From the NCBI GenBank assembly GCA_963762255.1, contig CAVXKA010000001.1, positions 1,184,001 to 1,248,000 on the forward strand: a stretch of 64,000 bases of DNA, in the 5' to 3' direction. Position 1 is the first letter of the stretch; every line of letters begins with the position of its first letter. The position numbers were made by a program, and so were the translations under genes. Source of the DNA: Candidatus Eiseniibacteriota bacterium (GTDB lineage Bacteria; Eisenbacteria; RBG-16-71-46; JABDJR01). This document shows positions 57,795-64,000 of the stretch, piece by piece. Below the pieces are notes generated by a model. The model was not told the origin of the DNA. It saw only the letters and a list, made by a program, of their open reading frames with translations, and searched no databases.

Positions 57795-59072
57795 ATGACG
57801 GTAACCACCCTCGAACCGAACTACTCCGCACATCCCCTCCTGGACCCCCATTACCTCGAGCGCGACCACATCGGTGCGCGGGTACTCGCGCGCGCCTATC
57901 TCGAGATGTCCCGCAGCGACGCAGTCCTGGAGCGGTACCTGAGTCGGCTCCTCAACCCGATCGAGAGACCGAGAAGCCTCGCCGAGAACCTGGAGTTCTC
58001 CCGCCGGTATCTTGTGGACGTGAACGCCTACATCCGCGAGGTCCTTTCGCTCTTGCAGGTCTCGGTGCGGAAGCCTCTCGCCATGGACCCCGAAGTGGCG
58101 GCCCGAAACGAAGTGCTCGGGCTCCTGGATCTGTCCTTCCGCGGCGACACTCCGAGGGTGAGGTTCGAGGCTCAGCGCAAGCTCTATCTGGCCAAGCTCT
58201 TCTTCGACATCGACCACGATCCGGGCGTGCAGATGGGGCCTCGCCACAAGGAGTATTTCGAGGGACTCCTCGACCGTGAGCTGTGGTCTCGCGCGAGCCG
58301 CATGAAGCGGGTGGACGTCTATTACGACATCGCCGGCGACGGACTCCGCATGGAGATCAACACCCGGCCCACGGGCCCCGATCAGGAGCGCTGGCGCTTC
58401 TACCTGATGCGGGTGCGGCAGCCGGGGCGGCGCGCGATCCATGTCTATCACTACGCGTGCCGGTTCAAACGCGAGGTCGCGCCCTTTCAGTACGAAAGCG
58501 GCGAGGCCGAGTACGAGATCGAGGAGAAACCGATCTGGGAGAAGCTGCATGCGCGGCGCAGCGGATCGATCCTCTCCAAGATGATCCGCAAGGGAGAAGT
58601 GCATCCACGCAAGATCCTCGACATCATCGGCGCCATGTTCATCGTGAAAGACTCGCGAGAGGTGAACGAGCTGCAAGAGGCTCTGTTCGAGCTGTTCGGC
58701 GGTCCGCTGCGCTGGAAGGACCGCGTGAACACGATCGTCAATCCCGGCGACCGCTCGCTGCTCAACGCCCAGTCCGGGCGCGGTTACGAGGTGATGAAGA
58801 GCGACGTGGACGTGATCTGCGCCCCCAAGAGCGGCGTCGAGCCCTACATGTTCTCGGTGGAGGTACAGATCTACACCGTGGAAGGGTTCTTGCGCACGGT
58901 GCACAGCCGCCACTACGCCAGCCATCAGAAGCTCAAGCTGCGGCAATTCCTGATCGCGCTCCTCCCGAGCCTGTTCCCCCGCGAGATCTACGGCGATGCC
59001 GTGATCGATCGTTGCCTCAAGAGCCTCGAGCCGGAGGACGGGGAGGCGAGCGAGGAAACGGCGAGGCCTTGA
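57795..59072 (+). CDS. Hypothetical protein with RelA/SpoT-like nucleotidyltransferase motifs
   Basis: SILSKMIRK..ILDIIG, SGRGY, EVQIYT, ASHQKLKLRQ. Confidence 0.55.
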   Translation: MTVTTLEPNYSAHPLLDPHYLERDHIGARVLARAYLEMSRSDAVLERYLSRLLNPIERPRSLAENLEFSRRYLVDVNAYIREVLSLLQVSVRKPLAMDPEVAARNEVLGLLDLSFRGDTPRVRFEAQRKLYLAKLFFDIDHDPGVQMGPRHKEYFEGLLDRELWSRASRMKRVDVYYDIAGDGLRMEINTRPTGPDQERWRFYLMRVRQPGRRAIHVYHYACRFKREVAPFQYESGEAEYEIEEKPIWEKLHARRSGSILSKMIRKGEVHPRKILDIIGAMFIVKDSREVNELQEALFELFGGPLRWKDRVNTIVNPGDRSLLNAQSGRGYEVMKSDVDVICAPKSGVEPYMFSVEVQIYTVEGFLRTVHSRHYASHQKLKLRQFLIALLPSLFPREIYGDAVIDRCLKSLEPEDGEASEETARP

Positions 59073-59100
59073 CACGGTCTGGTAGACTCCCGCCCCGATA

Positions 59101-60243
59101 ATGCAACCCCTCAGCCGGTCGCTCCTCATAGTCGTCCTGAGCCTGGGATGGGCCGCCCGTGCGGATGTCGCCCGTGCAGGCGCGAGCCCGGCGGACACTG
59201 TGTCCAATGCGCTTCCCGTGCCGCCGGACACATCGAGGGTCGCCGCGCGGGCGGACACCGTGAAAGCGCCTCCCGACAGCGTGAAGGCCGCCCCCAAGCG
59301 GCCACCCATGCCGAGGCCTCCCCTCAAGAAGGCCGATCTCTCCGTTCTGGCCCCGACGGGGTGGGAGCCGAGCTGCATCGGCACCGCCCTGACCGAACTC
59401 GACAGCGTCTACACGGTGAAGCAGGGCGACTTCCTGAGCGGCGTGTCCGGCATGCACGGGGTGCCGTTCCGCCGGATGGTGCGCGAGAACGCCATTCGTG
59501 ACGTGAATCGCATTACAAGAGGGCTGAAGGTCCACGTGCGCGGCCGCTGGATCGTACCCGGCCGCATCGCGGATGGCCTCGTGCTGAACTTGTCCGAACC
59601 CAAGATCTACTGGTTCGCGGACTCCACTCTGGTCGGCGTGTACGCGGTCGGCGTGGGCGTAGTCGGCTGGGAGACGCCACCCGGAAGCTACTACGTGGCC
59701 AACCGGCGCGCGGATCCGATCTGGTACGTGCCCCCCTCCATCCAGGAGGAGATGCTGGCGCAGGGGAAGGAAGTGAAGACGCGCGTGGAGGCCGGCCCCG
59801 ACAACCCGCTGGGCAAGTACTGGCTCGGCCTCAACAGGGGCGGCTACGGTATCCACGGCACCAACGCGCCGTCCAGCGTCGGGCAGTTCTCGAGCCACGG
59901 CTGCATGCGGGTGCATCCCGACAACATCGAGAAGCTCTACAAGGGGCTCCCCGACCGCGCGCGGGTAGAAGTCATCTACGAACCGATCAAGGTGGCCTGT
60001 CTTCCGGCCAGGAACGAGGTCTACCTCGAGGTGCACTCCGACCACTACCGCTGGGTGGGAAAGCGATTCGACCGAGCGCGCGATCTCATTAACGCGGCAG
60101 GCTGCGCCGACCTGGTGGACTGGACCATGGTGGAGCGCGTGGTGCGCGCCTCCGAAGGGATCGCGGTGCGGGTGAGCCGGCCGGTGGCAGGGACGCGCCC
60201 CGATCCCTTCGCGCCCGATACGACGGTCGCCGTGGCGCGGTAG
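59101..60243 (+). CDS. LysM + L,D-transpeptidase
   Basis: YTVKQGDFL, GPDNPLG, YGIHGTN..SHGCMR. Confidence 0.92.
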   Translation: MQPLSRSLLIVVLSLGWAARADVARAGASPADTVSNALPVPPDTSRVAARADTVKAPPDSVKAAPKRPPMPRPPLKKADLSVLAPTGWEPSCIGTALTELDSVYTVKQGDFLSGVSGMHGVPFRRMVRENAIRDVNRITRGLKVHVRGRWIVPGRIADGLVLNLSEPKIYWFADSTLVGVYAVGVGVVGWETPPGSYYVANRRADPIWYVPPSIQEEMLAQGKEVKTRVEAGPDNPLGKYWLGLNRGGYGIHGTNAPSSVGQFSSHGCMRVHPDNIEKLYKGLPDRARVEVIYEPIKVACLPARNEVYLEVHSDHYRWVGKRFDRARDLINAAGCADLVDWTMVERVVRASEGIAVRVSRPVAGTRPDPFAPDTTVAVAR

Positions 60244-60267
60244 CCGGTTCGCCCGGGGGCGTCGCTT

Positions 60268-60343
60268 CGCGGGTCGCGGGTCGTCCTCGCCGAAGGGGCC
60301 CCCGCTCCGCGGCCCTTCGGACTGCGGTCGACCCGCGACCCGC
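60268..60343. repeat. 76-bp REP-like hairpin repeat, copy B
   Basis: Reverse complement of 41249-41324 with compensatory stem changes. Confidence 0.85.
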
Positions 60344-60358
60344 TACGCGGCGTGCCCG

Positions 60359-61375
60359 CTATGCCGGCTGCAGCGCCGCCGAGACCCCCGAAGCCAGCTT
60401 CAGTGTGTGCAGCGCCCGCAGCGTGATCCAAGGACTGCTCGCGGGGTGCTTCTCGATCCGGATCGGCAGCCGAGTGCTGTAGTCGAAGTCGAGCTGCCAC
60501 CGCCCGCTCTTGAGCTGCCGGTCCAGGATGATGGCGAGGGCCGGCTCCATCTCCGGCCGGGAGCCATGGCCGAGGCGTGCGAGCGCCCACGCCACCTCCA
60601 GGAGATCGGTGTTCCAGAAGCGCGGGAAGCCGAAGTCCAACCACTCGGTCTTGGGGGCGGGCCCGCCGTCCGAGGCGCGTTTGTAGCAATGAAGGTGATA
60701 GGTGAGCAACGTCCTCGCCGTGCGCTCGGCAAACATGCGCAACGGGGGATCGCGCCGCTCCGGCGGTAGGGCCAGCACCGCCAGCAGCGGCTTCACCGAT
60801 CCCATATAGCAGTTGAACGGAAGCGTGGACGCGTTCGGTTGGAAGCGCTCGCATGGGTAGAGCCCGTTCGCCTGCTGGCGGCTCATCAGGAACCCGAGCG
60901 CGCGCTGAGTCCGTGTGTTCGGGGTGTATCCGAAGTGGATGAGCATCTCGACCACCGCTCCGGTGAGGCAGGCCCACTGGCCGTCCAGCACCCCGCCCTG
61001 CCGGGGGTTTCCATCGCGGCTGAACCCGCCCCCGGCGCGGCTCTGCGAGACCGAAAAGAGGAACTCGATTCCGCGACGGACCTCGTCGGTGGCCTCCGCG
61101 CCGAGTTGGGCGGCGAGGCAGAGCCGCCACGCGGTGCCGAAGTAATAGTCGGTGACGAACCGAGCGGGATCCTCCCACGAACCGTTCGGCGCCTGACCGG
61201 CCAGGAGTTCCTCAAGGCGCGGATGCCGCGCCGCCTCGTGCCGCGCCGCGCTGACGGCCGGATCGGATTCGGGACGGTCCAGGATCCAGGTAAGCGCTCG
61301 ATAGCGCACCATAGGATCCTCGTGTTGGACCAGCCAATCGGAGGGATCGGCCTTCATGCGTGCCAGCCAATTCAT
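60359..61375 (-). CDS. Prenyltransferase/squalene-cyclase-like (alpha/alpha barrel) protein
   Basis: QW-like motifs (QAPNGSW, QLKSGRW), FGFPRFW.TD.LE, SPWITLRA. Confidence 0.65.
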   Translation of the reverse strand: MNWLARMKADPSDWLVQHEDPMVRYRALTWILDRPESDPAVSAARHEAARHPRLEELLAGQAPNGSWEDPARFVTDYYFGTAWRLCLAAQLGAEATDEVRRGIEFLFSVSQSRAGGGFSRDGNPRQGGVLDGQWACLTGAVVEMLIHFGYTPNTRTQRALGFLMSRQQANGLYPCERFQPNASTLPFNCYMGSVKPLLAVLALPPERRDPPLRMFAERTARTLLTYHLHCYKRASDGGPAPKTEWLDFGFPRFWNTDLLEVAWALARLGHGSRPEMEPALAIILDRQLKSGRWQLDFDYSTRLPIRIEKHPASSPWITLRALHTLKLASGVSAALQPA

Positions 61376-61419
61376 CGCCACGGCAAATCCTCTCTCAAGG
61401 CGGAGCCACTCGCGCAGGG

Positions 61420-62415
61420 TCAGGCGGCGAAGAGGAGATCCTCGCCCTCGCGATAGCCGCGCCGCGACACTTCGGGCCGGATAAGTTCCCGGACTCCGGT
61501 GGAGCCGACCGCTACCACCACCGGAACACCGCCCGGCCGGGCGAGATCGGTCCAGGAGCGCACGCGCGCCCCCTCGACATCCCGGCCGATCTTGCGGGGA
61601 TCGACATCATAGAAACCGACCACGCGCACGCCGTGCCGACGCAGTTCTCGGGTCAGCCGGCGACCGGTCCTCCCCGCGCCCCAGATCGCCACGGTTCCCG
61701 CGGCCAGCATCGGGTGGCGCGCCAGAAAATAGGCGCGTGCAGACAAAAACGATTCATGGCTGTATTTCGGAGAAGCCAGCGAGTGGCGCCGATCGGTATG
61801 GCGCCAGGCCAGGAGGGTTGCCGGTACCTTTGCCAGCCCCCAGCCGGCGGCGCTGAGCCTCAACCACAGGTCGTAGTCCTCCGCCCACGCGGTCTCGCGA
61901 TAGCCTCCCACGCCTTCCACCGCTTCGGCGCGCAGCAGGACCGACGGATGCACGAGGGGGGACTCGATGAAGATCTCGCGACGGTGATCCTCCGGGCCAA
62001 GCAACGAGTTGAGCCAAGTCCCGTAGCGGCGCCAGCCGGCGCCCACGTCGGCTCGCGGGAAGAGCGCGACGCGCGAGCCCACCGCTGCCACCTCGGGGTG
62101 CTCGTCGAGATAGACGATCTGACGGCGAAACCGGTCCGGATGGCAGATGTCGTCCGCGTCCATGCGCGCAAGGTAGGGTGTGCGAGCGAGGCGACGCGCC
62201 GATTCGAGGGCGGCCACCAGGCCGTCCCCCCCGGGAAGAATGCTGAGACGCGACTCGCGCCGGGCGTGTGCGGCGAGGATCTCGCCGCTGCGATCGGTGG
62301 AGCCGTCGTCGACCGCGATGACCTCGAAGTCGGACCAAGTCTGGCGCCAGAGCGAGTCGAGGGCGCGGTCGAGCGTGGCCTCGGCATTGCGGACGGGAAA
62401 AAGCACCGTCGGCAT
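61420..62415 (-). CDS. Family 2 glycosyltransferase
   Basis: VDDGSTD, ARMDADD, HPSV, EDYDLW. Confidence 0.92.
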   Translation of the reverse strand: MPTVLFPVRNAEATLDRALDSLWRQTWSDFEVIAVDDGSTDRSGEILAAHARRESRLSILPGGDGLVAALESARRLARTPYLARMDADDICHPDRFRRQIVYLDEHPEVAAVGSRVALFPRADVGAGWRRYGTWLNSLLGPEDHRREIFIESPLVHPSVLLRAEAVEGVGGYRETAWAEDYDLWLRLSAAGWGLAKVPATLLAWRHTDRRHSLASPKYSHESFLSARAYFLARHPMLAAGTVAIWGAGRTGRRLTRELRRHGVRVVGFYDVDPRKIGRDVEGARVRSWTDLARPGGVPVVVAVGSTGVRELIRPEVSRRGYREGEDLLFAA

Positions 62416-62577
62416 GATTCGCCACTATAGCAGGAGGGCGGTTGGCGGGGGAGGGATTGCCGGATCGGAGGGGGGTGGATATTCTAATCACTTCCGGAGA
62501 AAACAGTTAGCCGCTCGGAGGGGGAAGCGTTGTCCGCGGCCGCCGCCGGCTTGGGAAAGCACTCGAGGAGGACGTCC

Positions 62578-63033
62578 ATGTTGCTCAAGGAAGGGGCGAA
62601 AGCCCCCGCGTTTTCGCTGACGGATCAAGACGGCCGCAAAATTGCCCTCAAGGATTTCGCCGGCAAGAAGGTGGTGCTCTACTTCTATCCCAAGGACATG
62701 ACCCCCGGCTGCACGCGCGAGGCGCAGGGGTTTCAGCAGAGCCTCGCCGCGATCAAACGCAAGGGTGCGGTGGTGATCGGTGTGAGCAAGGACAGCGAGG
62801 CGTCGCACAAGAAGTTCTGCGAGAAGCACGGGCTGCAGTTCCCCTTGCTCGCCGACGTGGAGGGTGTGGTGGTGGAGAAGTACGGCGTGTGGCAGGAGAA
62901 GAACATGTACGGGAAGAAATCGATGGGGATCGTGCGTACGACCTACGTCATCGACGAAGCGGGAAAGGTCGCCAAGGTCTTCGCACGGGTAAAGGTGGAT
63001 GGGCACCTGGAACAGGTGCTGGAGGTGCTATGA
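62578..63033 (+). CDS. bcp: Thioredoxin-dependent peroxiredoxin BCP (Cys form)
   Basis: YFYPKDMTPGCTREA, KKFC, EKNMYGK..GIVRTT. Confidence 0.93.
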   Translation: MLLKEGAKAPAFSLTDQDGRKIALKDFAGKKVVLYFYPKDMTPGCTREAQGFQQSLAAIKRKGAVVIGVSKDSEASHKKFCEKHGLQFPLLADVEGVVVEKYGVWQEKNMYGKKSMGIVRTTYVIDEAGKVAKVFARVKVDGHLEQVLEVL

Positions 63034-63461
63034 ACGGACCGGGATCGGACCCGCGGGGGCTCGGCGGCGGCCCGGCCGGACGCGGGCCGGAGACCGCCGG
63101 ATCGGCGAACCCGAGAATCATCTGGTTTGCCTTCGTGGCCGCGATCTTCATCTACATGATCGTGGCCTACCTCATCACGAAGGGAGAACGGGTCTCCGGG
63201 ACGCTGCCTCTCTGGATTCCGCCCGCGGTCGGCGGCGTCTTCGCGCTGGAGGCGCTGTTCGTGCTCCCCATCCTGCGCAGACGAAGTGCCGCCACCGCCA
63301 GTCCGCTCACCACGTATATCATGCAGTGGGCTGCGGATGAAGCCGTGGCCGTCGCGGGCTTCGTGTCGGTCTTCGCGGGCGGCCCGCCCGGGGCGATGCT
63401 CTATTACTCCCTGGTCTCCCTCGCCCTGCTCGTACTGCATCGGCCTCAAGAGGAGAGCTGA
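63030..63461 (+). CDS. Hypothetical membrane protein
   Basis: Four hydrophobic segments. ATGA overlap with bcp. Confidence 0.65.
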   Translation: MNGPGSDPRGLGGGPAGRGPETAGSANPRIIWFAFVAAIFIYMIVAYLITKGERVSGTLPLWIPPAVGGVFALEALFVLPILRRRSAATASPLTTYIMQWAADEAVAVAGFVSVFAGGPPGAMLYYSLVSLALLVLHRPQEES

Positions 63462-63467
63462 CGGGGT

Positions 63468-63824
63468 TCAGGGCTCGGCGTCGCGGCGGGAAAGGCCGTA
63501 GCGGCGCCGAAGCCGCGCGCCGCGGAATACGAGCGCCGAGGCGATAGTGAAGAGCGCCACCGTGCCGAGGATGACCGCCAGGCGCGCCCATGGCTCTCCC
63601 ATCGCGCGGCGTTGTGCGGTGAAGTCAAGCAGCGTGCGCACCCACTCGGCCGCCCCCAGCACGAGCCCGACCTGCACCGCGCGTGCCGCCCAGGCCCGCG
63701 GCACGAACAGCAGCGCAAGTCCGCCCAGGCAAAGCGCAAGACCGATGAGGTTTCCCGCGCGGAAGAAATGCGCGGCGAGCACCAGGGCGCTCAGGATCAC
63801 CGGGAGCAGACCCAACATCGCCAC
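63468..63824 (-). CDS. Hypothetical membrane protein
   Basis: LAAHFFR, GEPWARLAVILG, four TMs. Confidence 0.7.
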   Translation of the reverse strand: MAMLGLLPVILSALVLAAHFFRAGNLIGLALCLGGLALLFVPRAWAARAVQVGLVLGAAEWVRTLLDFTAQRRAMGEPWARLAVILGTVALFTIASALVFRGARLRRRYGLSRRDAEP

Positions 63825-63901
63825 TGTTCCCTCCCCGGATGGACGGCGTCCCGCGTTGAAGGGGTTCCACGGCTTCGCAGGGCTCGTCGATTGGCCGCGA
63901 G

Positions 63902-64000
63902 CTAGGACTCTCGCTCCCGCACGAACAGACCGATCCTCCTGTCGTCATCCACGACGTGGTCCACCACCCAGCGGAACACGAAGCGTTTGAAGGCATTGAG
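63902..64000 (-). CDS. 3' end of a probable hemerythrin-like protein (runs off the window)
   Basis: Manual translation LNAFKRFVFRWVVDHVVDDDRRIG fits the hemerythrin C-terminal W..xH....D pattern. Confidence 0.45.
   Translation of the reverse strand, partial: LNAFKRFVFRWVVDHVVDDDRRIGLFVRERES

Noticed and set aside
1-64000. tRNA, rRNA, integrase or transposase genes
   Set aside because: None recognised by eye; a tRNAscan/Rfam/ISfinder run would be needed to exclude them.

Overview
GC-rich bacterial chromosomal window. Its protein features (a FlgD-type C-terminus and a TWGxxKxLY motif) loosely suggest a Ca. Eisenbacteria/FCB-like lineage; this is inference only. Core genes (rho, typA, dps, pepP, rmlC, photolyase, PIN-PhoH, L,D-transpeptidase, S8 protease, bcp) flank two accessory blocks. 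(1) A ~14 kb minus-strand defence island (8.8-22.6 kb) next to a decayed copy of the typA 5' end. It holds a type I R-M system and an unusual gene run: P-loop ATPase-TIR, TIR-SLOG, ThsB-like TIR, Nmad2, nucleotide kinase fused to an aGPT-Pplase1-like domain, and a dUMP-type thymidylate-synthase homologue. This joins Thoeris-like signalling genes to phage-type thymidine hypermodification enzymes and is the best candidate for an uncharacterised system. (2) A co-oriented toxin-antitoxin array (24.7-28.0 kb) punctuated by a recurring perfect palindrome, TGCTCACCCGGGTGAGCA, whose outer arms co-vary. Signals missed by the ORF track: a selenocysteine (UGA + SECIS-like hairpin) peroxiredoxin, a decayed attC-like site, a DnaA-box cluster beside a candidate structured ncRNA, and a 76-bp REP-like hairpin present twice. 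Four +1 frameshifts in the first 14 kb are probably sequencing errors. All family assignments come from motif recognition by eye, not database searches.
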